32,000 nt of DNA from Paramaledivibacter caminithermalis DSM 15212 (GCF_900142245.1 NZ_FRAG01000005.1:104802-136801), one strand, 5' to 3'. Positions 8,559 to 16,071 are shown, numbered from the stretch's first letter. Notes: a model not told the origin generated them from the sequence alone. Translations and numbers: made by a program.

Positions 8559-9062
8559 ATGGAGAATATTGAAAATCTATTAAAACAAATATTAGAAAAT
8601 CAAAATAAAATGGGAGATAGGTTTGATAGCCTAGAGAACAGGTTAGATAACCTAGAGAACAGGTTAGATAACCTAGAAAACAGATTTGACAATCTAGAGA
8701 ACAGGTTAGATAACCTAGAAAACAGATTTGACAATCTAGAGAGCAGATTAGATAACCTAGAAAACAGGTTAGATAGCTTAGAGAAAAACCAGCAAGCTAT
8801 GGAAAAAAGACTAACTAAAATAGAAGTTTTACAAGAAAAAATGGTAAAGAATTTAGAACTCTTAGCAGAAGGGCATGATAATATACTAGAAACTATTGAA
8901 AGAAAAGATGAGGAAATAAGATATGAATTTAATGAAAAGTTCATAGAAATAGAGGCTGCAATTATGAATCTATCTAGTGATATTCGCTTTATGGAGAAAA
9001 AAGGGTATGAAAATGAGAAGGAACTATTCAAATTAAAAGAAAACTTAAGGCTTGCAAGATAA
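8559..9062 (+). CDS. Coiled-coil protein with 8 tandem heptads (NRLDNLE), unknown function
   Basis: Good RBS (AAAAGGGGTGAGAGC-ATG). Charged helical composition, no signal peptide or TM segment. The antisense ORF 8600-9199 has S/F/L-rich shadow composition. Confidence 0.8.
   Translation: MENIENLLKQILENQNKMGDRFDSLENRLDNLENRLDNLENRFDNLENRLDNLENRFDNLESRLDNLENRLDSLEKNQQAMEKRLTKIEVLQEKMVKNLELLAEGHDNILETIERKDEEIRYEFNEKFIEIEAAIMNLSSDIRFMEKKGYENEKELFKLKENLRLAR
8616..8783 (+). repeat. 8 x 21-bp in-frame tandem repeat (consensus AACAGGTTAGATAACCTAGAG)
   Basis: Units start at 8616, 8637, 8658, 8679, 8700, 8721, 8742 and 8763. They encode DRFDSLE, NRLDNLE x2, NRFDNLE, NRLDNLE, NRFDNLE, SRLDNLE and NRLDSLE. 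Confidence 0.95.
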
Positions 9063-9076
9063 ATATTTTTATTTGT

Positions 9077-9104
9077 GGAGAAAAAAATTCTTCTTTTTTT
9101 TTTT
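9077..9104 (+). terminator. Probable rho-independent terminator
   Basis: GGAGAA / TTCTTC stem (one G-U pair), A5 loop, then an 11-nt T run (9094-9104). Confidence 0.5.
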
Positions 9105-9242
9105 GGATTTTTCCCCCTTTTACTATTTAATACTGCATAATTATTATCCAAAAAATTTGCATATTCAAACAAAATTTTTAAAATATAGCTTGTACACAAA
9201 AAGTTAACACATTATTAACAGTCTAATGTGAGTAAAATGCAC

Positions 9243-9470
9243 TTATCAACAAAATTATCCACATTATCCACAGAAAATTTAAATTTTACCGACAAACATG
9301 TGGAAAAATAAGCTTGTCTAATAAACTTGTAGACAAAGGAATAAATCTTTAAAATCTGTAAATTCTGATAAAAACAAGGCACATCATAGCTTTTAGATTA
9401 AATAGTATTTTTCTACTAAAAATGACTTTAAATAAGATAAATGTAACAGCATATTATAAGATGTGGATAA
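9243..9470. promoter_or_regulatory. DnaA-box cluster 1
   Basis: Perfect TTATCCACA at 9255-9263 and 9264-9272 (abutting). Perfect TGTGGATAA at 9462-9470. One-mismatch boxes at 9243-9251 (TTATCAACA) and 9299-9307 (TGTGGAAAA), with outliers at 9074-9082 (TGTGGAGAA) and 9144-9152 (TTATCCAAA). Confidence 0.65.
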
Positions 9471-9621
9471 AATAATAAATAAATTGCAGAAAAAGAAAAA
9501 GATAATTGTGTTTTAGACAAATTTATATGGGTAAAATATAATATATAGACAAGCTTTTATTTGCTAAAATTGTTATACAAGATATAATTTACAAGACAAT
9601 TGAATATTATATATTTATATA

Positions 9622-9740
9622 AGAAACTTGCATAATTAACACTGATAATTTTGAAATACAATATGTAGATAGCTTTCTTGACTCTCTCTACTACATTTTG
9701 TACCCTAAAATTCTTTAAATGTATTATGCAATTTCCTCAT
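9622..9740 (-). repeat. Family-3 structured ~120-nt element, copy I (reverse orientation)
   Basis: The reverse complement aligns without indels to 18488-18608 and 31839-31959 (...TTGCATAATAC.TTTAAA.AATTTTGG.GTACAAAATGTAGTAGAGAGAGTCAAGAAAGCTATCTACATATTGTATTTCAAAATTAT.AGTGTTAATTATGCAAGTTTCT). Confidence 0.85.
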
Positions 9741-9866
9741 ATAATATAAATTAAAATTTATTTTACTATAACATCTAATCCCAGTAAATAATATACTAGA
9801 GATAATTATTTAGGAGTTAAAAATTTTAACTCCATTAAACATATATATTGGAAGGAGCTGAAGCTT

Positions 9867-10394
9867 ATGAGAGTAAAAGTAAGTGGAAGAAATTTGGAGG
9901 TTACAGATGCATTAAAGGATACCTTAATTGCTAAACTAGAGAGGTTTGGAAAATATTTCAAGGATGATATTGAGGCTAAAGCTACCTTAAGTGTTGAAAA
10001 GAATAGACAAATCATAGAGATAACAATACCATTAAATGGAAGTATATTAAGGGCAGAGGAAGCAACAATAGATATGTATACATCTATTGATAAAGCAGTT
10101 GATAAGCTATATAAGCAAATGGAAAAGCATAAAACTAAGCTTCAAAAAAGATATTATGGACATGATACTATTAGATTTGAAAACATACCAGACAGGAGGG
10201 AAGAAGAAGAGGAACATAAAATTGTTAAAACAAAAAGATTTGCTATTAAACCTATGGATCCACAGGAAGCAGTACTTCAAATGGACCTATTAGGTCATAA
10301 CTTCTTCGTATTTACTAATGCAGATACAGATGATGTAAATGTTGTATATAAAAGAAAAGACGGACATTATGGTTTAATTGAACCATATATTTAA
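9867..10394 (+). CDS. hpf: Ribosome hibernation promoting factor, long form
   Basis: MRVKVSGRNLEVTDALKD... N-terminal sigma-54-modulation/S30EA domain plus a C-terminal dimerisation domain (KPMDPQEAVLQMDLLGHNFFVFTNADT..VNVVYKRKDGHYGLIEP). RBS GGAAGGAG. Bacillus-like synteny with secA-prfB. Confidence 0.92.
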   Translation: MRVKVSGRNLEVTDALKDTLIAKLERFGKYFKDDIEAKATLSVEKNRQIIEITIPLNGSILRAEEATIDMYTSIDKAVDKLYKQMEKHKTKLQKRYYGHDTIRFENIPDRREEEEEHKIVKTKRFAIKPMDPQEAVLQMDLLGHNFFVFTNADTDDVNVVYKRKDGHYGLIEPYI

Positions 10395-10417
10395 AAAACA
10401 TATATAAAAGATTAATT

Positions 10418-10441
10418 AGGCAGTCACTATGGCTGTCTTTT
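10418..10441 (+). terminator. Possible hpf terminator
   Basis: AGGCAGTC / GGCTGTCT stem with two G-U pairs, loop ACTAT, short T run. Weak. Confidence 0.35.
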
Positions 10442-10460
10442 GTATTTGTATTTTTTTACC

Positions 10461-10566
10461 TATAGGAATTTAAGTAAAGACTTTAATTTATACATGTCCA
10501 AAATGCCCAGAAGCATTGCATATTTGCACATGTATAAATTAAGTTTTACTATGTAAATCCTATATA
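10461..10566 (+). repeat. Family-1 ~105-nt long-hairpin element, copy 1
   Basis: TATAGGAATTTAAGTAAAGACTTTAATTTATACATGT...ACATGTATAAATTAAGTTTTACTATGTAAATCCTATA. The arms are mutually complementary. I count 3 substitutions relative to copy 3 at 20143-20246. Confidence 0.9.
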
Positions 10567-10668
10567 GGGATTTAAGTAAAGACTTTAATTTATACATGTC
10601 CAAAACGCTCAGAAACGCTGCGTATTTGTACATGTATAAATTAAGTTTTACTATGTAAATCCTATATA
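10563..10668 (+). repeat. Family-1 long-hairpin element, copy 2 (tandem, shares TATA with copy 1)
   Basis: Same arms as copy 1. The central stem carries the paired change ATGC/GCAT -> ACGC/GCGT. Confidence 0.9.
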
Positions 10669-10760
10669 GATAAGCAATATTAATATTTAAAATAGGTTTC
10701 AAATAAAATAATGACGCTTCTACATTTTTTCTTTAAAATTTATTATTTTTTCAAAGGATT

Positions 10761-10789
10761 TTGTCAATTAAAATAGAAGTAAATATATT
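10761..10789 (+). promoter_or_regulatory. Candidate sigma-A promoter for the 10907 gene
   Basis: TTGTCA (10761-10766), 17-nt spacer, TATATT (10784-10789). Confidence 0.4.
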
Positions 10790-10906
10790 GGAGTTAATTT
10801 ATTCTTAAGACCTATTAGGAATACTCTAAAGCTTGGAACTTAGAACTTTGAACTTGCAATTTAAAATGCGTCTTTAGGCGTATTTGCCCAGAAAGGAGTT
10901 TTTTCA

Positions 10907-11500
10907 ATGTTTATAGAAGCTGTAATCCTTGGAATAATAATTGGATTAGTCAGAAATGGGAGTATAAGAAATATCAGTATGACTAAGATTAGAGGATGGT
11001 TTTTGATTGTATTAGCCTTTTTGATACAAATATTTTTAATGATTATGCCTAATATTTCTATTGTTAAGATCTATGGAAGATATTTTTATGTAGCATCTTT
11101 AGCTCTAATAATTTTAACATTACTTATAAATCTAAATAAAAAGGGAATGTGGATAATTTTAATAGGAGCCATATTTAATTTTATAGTAATATTTATGAAT
11201 GATTTTAAAATGCCTATATCTCTAGAGGGGCTGAAGCTTGCAGGATTGCAAAATATGATAGATGGAATAAAAAGCGGAGATATAATAAACTATATGCCTC
11301 TTAATGAGGTTGGAAATTGGACAAAGCATCTTGGAAAGTATATTGTTATTCCAAAGCCTTACCCAATGGCTAAAGTTATTAGTGTAGGAGATGTACTCAT
11401 ATCCTTAGGAATTATTATGCTAGTACAAGGGGAAATGCTTAAATCATACTTAACTACTAGGGGCAGAATGATTAGAGTAGGCTATAGACCGAAATTATAA
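10907..11500 (+). CDS. Polytopic membrane protein, DUF5317-like (tentative family call)
   Basis: 197 aa with about 4 hydrophobic helices followed by a soluble C-terminal part. RBS AAAGGAG. The family assignment is from memory of DUF5317 N-termini (MFIEAVILGIIIGLVRNG), not from a search. Confidence 0.6.
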   Translation: MFIEAVILGIIIGLVRNGSIRNISMTKIRGWFLIVLAFLIQIFLMIMPNISIVKIYGRYFYVASLALIILTLLINLNKKGMWIILIGAIFNFIVIFMNDFKMPISLEGLKLAGLQNMIDGIKSGDIINYMPLNEVGNWTKHLGKYIVIPKPYPMAKVISVGDVLISLGIIMLVQGEMLKSYLTTRGRMIRVGYRPKL

Positions 11501-11507
11501 ACTAGAG

Positions 11508-11531
11508 AGGCAGGGATACCTGTCTTTTTTA
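11508..11531 (+). terminator. Rho-independent terminator
   Basis: AGGCAGG / CCTGTCT stem, GATA loop, T6 run. Confidence 0.6.
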
Positions 11532-11652
11532 GTTAGATATGTTAGAATGAGAAATGTTAAAATGTTTATAAGAAGGAATCTAAGGTTTTAAAACCTAAAA
11601 GAAAAGAACGGTCTAAAAAATATACAACATTAAAACATGCAACATTTTAACA
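11532..11652. repeat. Family-2 gene-end module A (oligomer arms around a palindromic core)
   Basis: Left arm GTTAGATATGTTAGAATGAGAAATGTTAAAATGTTTA. Core AGGTTTTAAAACCT (perfect 14-bp palindrome). Right arm ACAACATTAAAACATGCAACATTTTAACA, roughly the inverse of the left arm. Confidence 0.6.
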
Positions 11653-11741
11653 ATACTGTAATAAAAATTTAACCAATAAATTACAAAAGTATATAAATAA
11701 TCATGGAAATTAATGATATAATATATAGTTGAAGAATTTTT

Positions 11742-11847
11742 TATAGATATTCCAGTAAAACAGTTAATTTATACACATAAAAAATCCCCAAAAGCTCTGG
11801 ATATTTTGATATGTATAAATTAAGTTTTACTATGGCAAATCTATATA
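11742..11847 (+). repeat. Family-1 long-hairpin element, copy 4 (diverged)
   Basis: TATAGATATTCCAGTAAAACAGTTAATTTATACACAT...ATATGTATAAATTAAGTTTTACTATGGCAAATCTATA. The hairpin is retained although the centre sequence differs. Confidence 0.7.
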
Positions 11848-11955
11848 ATTGATAGAAAATTATAAACTTAACTTATTATGCTAGTTAATTAAGTTTTCTG
11901 TTTTGAGATAACCTATAGGTTTTAATATTTCATATAAAGCGAAGGGATGAGTAGA

Positions 11956-14646
11956 ATGAGCTTACTTGAGAAGATATTTGGAAGCTTCAATGATAGAGAA
12001 GTAAAACGTCTTATGAAAACAGTTGACGAAATAGAAGCATTAGAACCAGATATGCAGGCTTTATCAAATGAAGAATTAAGAGGAAAGACAGATTATTTTA
12101 AGGATAAATTAAAAAATGGTGCATCTTTAGATGATATATTGCCAGAAGCCTTTGCGGTTGTAAGGGAAGCCGCTGTTAGAACCCTAGGTATGAGACATTA
12201 TAGAGTACAGCTCCTTGGAGGAATAGTTTTGCACCAAGGGCGTATTGCTGAGATGAAGACTGGTGAAGGTAAAACTTTAGTAGCTACACTTCCAGTTTAT
12301 TTAAATGCCCTTGCTGGAAAGGGTGTTCATGTAGTAACTGTAAATGACTATCTTGCAAGCCGTGATAAGGAATGGATGGGAAAAATATATCAGTTTTTAG
12401 GTCTTACAGCCAGTTGTATAGTACATGGACTTTCAACAGAAGAAAGAAGAGAAGCCTATAATGCTGATATAACCTATGGTACGAATAATGAATTTGGTTT
12501 TGATTATCTAAGGGATAATATGGTTATTTATAAAGAGGAAAGAGTGCAAAGAGAATTAAATTATGCTATAGTCGATGAAGTTGATAGTATATTAATAGAT
12601 GAAGCTAGAACACCCCTTATTATTTCAGGTGCAGGTAACAAATCAACCCATCTATATGCTACTGCTGATTCATTTATTAGGACATTAAAAAAGGATGTAG
12701 ATTATACCATAGATGAAAAGGCAAGTTCGGTAGTTTTAACTGATGAGAGTGGTATCCCAAAGGCAGAAAAGTTTTTTGGTATTGAAAATCTTGCTGACCC
12801 TAAAAATATGCAGATTTCTCACCATATAAATCAAGCCCTTAAGGCCCATACACTTATGAAGAAAGATATAAATTATGTTATAAAGGATGGAGAAATAGTT
12901 ATAGTTGATGAATTTACAGGAAGACTTATGTTTGGTAGAAGGTATTCTGATGGACTCCATCAAGCTATAGAAGCAAAGGAAGGGCTTGAAGTTAGAAGGG
13001 AATCTCAGACCCTTGCTACTATTACCCTTCAAAATTATTTTAGGATGTATAATAAGCTTTCAGGTATGACTGGTACAGCTAAAACGGAAGAAGATGAGTT
13101 TAAGCATATTTATGGGATGGATGTAGTAGTAATACCCACTAACAAACCAGTTATTAGGAAGGATTTACCTGATTCAGTATATAGATCATTGGAGGGTAAG
13201 TTTAAATCAGTAATTAGGGAAATAGAAGAAAGGCATAAAACGGGACAGCCAATACTTGTTGGTACAATTTCCATAGAAACCTCGGAGTTTCTAAGTAATC
13301 TTCTTAGAAAAAGAGGTATAAAACATGAAGTGTTAAATGCAAAGCAGCATGAAAGAGAAGCTGAGATAGTTGCCCAAGCAGGACGCTTTGGGGCAGTTAC
13401 CATAGCTACAAATATGGCTGGTAGAGGTACCGATATAGTGTTAGGTGGTAATGCTGAATATACTGCAAAGAATGAGCTTAAGAAAAAAGGTTATGATGAT
13501 TATGTTATTTCCATGGTCACAAGTCTTACTGATACAGATGATGAACAGGTTTTAGAGGCAAGAAAGCTTTACAAATCACTATATAAGGATATTAAAAAGA
13601 TTACAGATAGAGAAGCTGAAAAGGTAAGAGAAGCTGGAGGTCTTCATATACTAGGAACAGAGAGACATGAGTCTAGAAGAATAGATAATCAGCTTAGGGG
13701 TCGTTCTGGCCGTCAGGGAGACCCAGGTTCATCTCAATTTTTTATATCCCTTGAGGATGATCTGATGAGACTATTTGGCAGTGAGAAAATACAAGGAATA
13801 GTTGATAAATTAGGAATGGAAGATGATGAACCTATAGAAGCAAAAATACTTTCAAAATCCATTGAAACTGCTCAGAAGAGAGTTGAAGGTAGAAACTTTA
13901 GCATTAGAAAGCATGTACTCCAATACGATGATGTAATGAATAAACAGAGAGAGATTATATACAATGAAAGGAAGAGGGTTCTTGAAGGTGAAAATTTAAG
14001 GGAGCATATTTTGGGGATGCTTGAACAGATAGTTGATGACTCCATAGAGCTTTATACTGCTGAAGCTAATTATCCCGAAGAATGGGACTTACAGGGACTC
14101 GAAGATTATCTTCACATAATGTTTCTTCCAAAGGGAAGTTTGCAATTTGAAGATATTGAAAAACTTACTAAGGAAGAACTTAGGGAAAGAATACTAAGCA
14201 TAGCAAAGGATATATATGATAAAAAGGAAAAAGAAATTACTAAAGAAAGAATGAGAGAAATAGAGAGGGTTATCCTGCTTAAGGTAGTTGATACTAAGTG
14301 GATTGACCACATAGATGCTATGGACCAGCTAAAGCAGGGTATTGGGCTTAGAGCCATAGGAAATGAAGACCCAGTTAGAGCATATCAAATGGAAGGCTTT
14401 GATATGTTTAACCAAATGACTAGAAGCATCAGAGAGGATACCGTAAGACATATATTAAATGTTACAGTAGAGACAGAAGCTAAACGTGAAAAAGTTGCAA
14501 GAATAACAGACACTTTCGGGGGAGATGGTGTAGCTAATAGAAAACCTAAAACAGTAGTTAGAAAAGAGAAAAAAGTAGGTAGAAATGATCCATGCCCATG
14601 TGGAAGTGGCAAGAAGTATAAGAAGTGTTGTGGGAAGAATGTTTAA
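11956..14646 (+). CDS. secA: Preprotein translocase ATPase SecA
   Basis: MKTGEGKTL Walker [20 protein letters not shown], and a C-terminal zinc motif [14 protein letters not shown]. The ORF opens at ATG 11947, but ATG 11956 (MSLLEKIFG) has better spacing to GAAGGGA. Confidence 0.97.
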   Translation: MSLLEKIFGSFNDREVKRLMKTVDEIEALEPDMQALSNEELRGKTDYFKDKLKNGASLDDILPEAFAVVREAAVRTLGMRHYRVQLLGGIVLHQGRIAEMKTGEGKTLVATLPVYLNALAGKGVHVVTVNDYLASRDKEWMGKIYQFLGLTASCIVHGLSTEERREAYNADITYGTNNEFGFDYLRDNMVIYKEERVQRELNYAIVDEVDSILIDEARTPLIISGAGNKSTHLYATADSFIRTLKKDVDYTIDEKASSVVLTDESGIPKAEKFFGIENLADPKNMQISHHINQALKAHTLMKKDINYVIKDGEIVIVDEFTGRLMFGRRYSDGLHQAIEAKEGLEVRRESQTLATITLQNYFRMYNKLSGMTGTAKTEEDEFKHIYGMDVVVIPTNKPVIRKDLPDSVYRSLEGKFKSVIREIEERHKTGQPILVGTISIETSEFLSNLLRKRGIKHEVLNAKQHEREAEIVAQAGRFGAVTIATNMAGRGTDIVLGGNAEYTAKNELKKKGYDDYVISMVTSLTDTDDEQVLEARKLYKSLYKDIKKITDREAEKVREAGGLHILGTERHESRRIDNQLRGRSGRQGDPGSSQFFISLEDDLMRLFGSEKIQGIVDKLGMEDDEPIEAKILSKSIETAQKRVEGRNFSIRKHVLQYDDVMNKQREIIYNERKRVLEGENLREHILGMLEQIVDDSIELYTAEANYPEEWDLQGLEDYLHIMFLPKGSLQFEDIEKLTKEELRERILSIAKDIYDKKEKEITKERMREIERVILLKVVDTKWIDHIDAMDQLKQGIGLRAIGNEDPVRAYQMEGFDMFNQMTRSIREDTVRHILNVTVETEAKREKVARITDTFGGDGVANRKPKTVVRKEKKVGRNDPCPCGSGKKYKKCCGKNV

Positions 14647-14765
14647 ATGTTAGAATGTTAGAATGTTAGAATGTTAGAATGTTAGAATGTTAGAATGTTA
14701 TTAAGGTAGGCTATAAGGGTCAAAAAGACCTAAAAGATAGACAGCAAAACATAACATACTAACAT
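14647..14765. repeat. Family-2 module B: 8-bp microsatellite (ATGTTAGA x6 plus a partial unit, 14647-14700), core, inverse arm
   Basis: Perfect units start at 14647, 14655, 14663, 14671, 14679 and 14687, immediately after the secA TAA. Core GGGTCAAAAAGACC (14717-14730). Right arm AACATAACATACTAACAT is roughly the reverse complement of the units. Confidence 0.85.
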
Positions 14766-14788
14766 ATCTTAGTAAAGGATGTGATAAG

Positions 14789-15893
14789 ATGCTTGTGTTA
14801 GAACAAAGTCTATTGGAACTAAATAAACTTGAAGAAGCTATAGATGAATTGAGGGTTTCTCTTTGACATAGATAATCTTCAGAAAGAGGTCAAGGAGCTG
14901 GAGAAAAAAATGATGCAGCCTGGGTTTTGGGATGATCAGGATGAGGCTCAAAAGATACTTCAGACTTCAAAACATCTTAAGAATAAAGTGTCCAATTTTG
15001 AAAAATTGTGTTCAGACTGGGAAGAAATAAAGCTTTTAGCTGAGATAGGAATCGAAGAAAAGGATGCATCCGTTGAAAAGGAAGTTACTAAGGGAATAAA
15101 AGAACTTACGGAAGCTATAGATAAATTAAAAATAGAGACACTTTTAAGTGGTGAATTTGATAAGAATAACGCCATCCTGTCTATTCATTCTGGAGCAGGA
15201 GGGCTGGATGCTCAGGATTGGGCTGAGATGCTTCTAAGGATGTATACTAGGTGGGCAGAAAAGAAAGGCTATAAAATAAAGATTCTAGACATATTACCCG
15301 ATACTGAGGCTGGCATTAAAAGTGTTACCCTCCTTTTAGAAGGCGAAAATGCCTATGGATATCTAAAGGCAGAAAAAGGGGTTCATAGAATAGTCAGGAT
15401 ATCTCCCTTTGATCCATCAGGTAAAAGGCATACTTCCTTTGCCTCTGTTGATGTTATGCCAGAGCTTGATGATAATGTAGATATAGACATCAATCCTGCT
15501 GACCTTAAGATAGATACCTATAGGGCTTCAGGAGCAGGAGGACAGCATGTAAATAAAACAGAATCAGCAGTTCGTATAACCCACATACCTACTGGAATAA
15601 TAGTCCAATGCCAAAATGAGAGATCACAGCATAGTAATAGAAATACAGCTATGAAGATGCTTATTGCAAAATTAATAGAACTAAAGGAAATGGAACAGAA
15701 GGAAAAAATCGAGGATATTAAAGGAGATTATAGTCAAATTGCTTGGGGGAGTCAGATACGGTCCTATGTTTTTCATCCCTACAATTTAGTAAAGGATCAT
15801 AGAACAAATGCTGAGATGGGTAACGTTGGAGCAGTAATGGATGGAGAAATAGATTTGTTTATTGATGAATATTTAAAACAAAGGAACATGTAA
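14789..15893 (+). CDS. prfB: Peptide chain release factor 2, made by a programmed +1 frameshift: join(14789..14863,14865..15893)
   Basis: Frame 0 runs ATG 14789 ... CTT TGA (14861-14866). The +1 frame from GAC 14865 is continuous with the 14910 ORF (45 nt, in frame). RF2 motifs SPF (RISPFD) and GGQ (SGAGGQHVNKT) are present. Confidence 0.93.
14851..14867 (+). promoter_or_regulatory. prfB autoregulatory +1 frameshift site
   Basis: GAGGGTTTCT CTT TGA C: an internal SD-like GAGGG a few nt upstream of the slippery CTT followed by TGA C, as in the classical AGGGGGTATCTTTGAC site. Confidence 0.9.
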
Positions 15894-15901
15894 TAAAAAA
15901 G

Positions 15902-15925
15902 AGCAGGGGGCTAACCTCTGCTTTT
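15902..15925 (+). terminator. Rho-independent terminator after prfB
   Basis: AGCAGGGG / CCTCTGCT stem (one G-U pair), loop GCTAA, then TTTTATTAT. Confidence 0.7.
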
Positions 15926-15941
15926 ATTATGGTATAGAAAT

Positions 15942-16033
15942 GAGATATGTTAGAACGTTTAAAATATTATTAGGGTAAGATAACAAAAGTCAAAAGAATG
16001 ACTTTAACAACATTAAAACACTTGAACATTTTA
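15942..16033. repeat. Family-2 module C
   Basis: Left arm GAGATATGTTAGAACGTTTAAAAT. Core AAAGTCAAAAGAATGACTTT (15986-16005, 7-bp stem). Right arm AACAACATTAAAACACTTGAACATTTTA. Confidence 0.6.
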
Positions 16034-16071
16034 TTATGATATAATAAATCAGAAAGAAAGGAGCGAATATA

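Noticed and set aside
8600-9199. 199-aa minus-strand ORF with repeated LSNLFSR units
   Set aside because: It is the antisense shadow of the heptad-repeat gene. It has S/F/L-rich composition typical of the reverse complement of E/K/N-rich coding sequence, and no RBS. The + strand ORF has a strong RBS and a plausible coiled-coil sequence.
9074-9470. Could the DnaA-box region, or the second one at 29208-29332, be the chromosomal origin oriC?
   Set aside because: No dnaA, dnaN, rpmH or gidA/parB-type genes flank either site. I see no ordered AT-rich 13-mer/27-mer unwinding element next to the boxes. The gene context (flagellar/hpf and tsaD/ydiF) matches non-origin DnaA-box clusters instead.
9063-9866. 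raiA-motif RNA or another known leader upstream of hpf
   Set aside because: The raiA motif is a large GC-paired structure. This gap is uniformly AT-rich, and I could not find extended conserved helices apart from the family-3 element, which lies on the opposite strand. This cannot be excluded without a covariance-model scan.
10461-10668. Tandem ~105-bp repeats as a possible CRISPR array
   Set aside because: There are only two units, they abut directly with no spacer, the unit is far longer than a CRISPR repeat, and no cas genes are present.
10460-10702. 80-aa minus-strand ORF with an internal duplication
   Set aside because: It is generated by reading through the two tandem family-1 hairpin elements. 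It has no RBS, and the internal protein repeat simply mirrors the DNA repeat.
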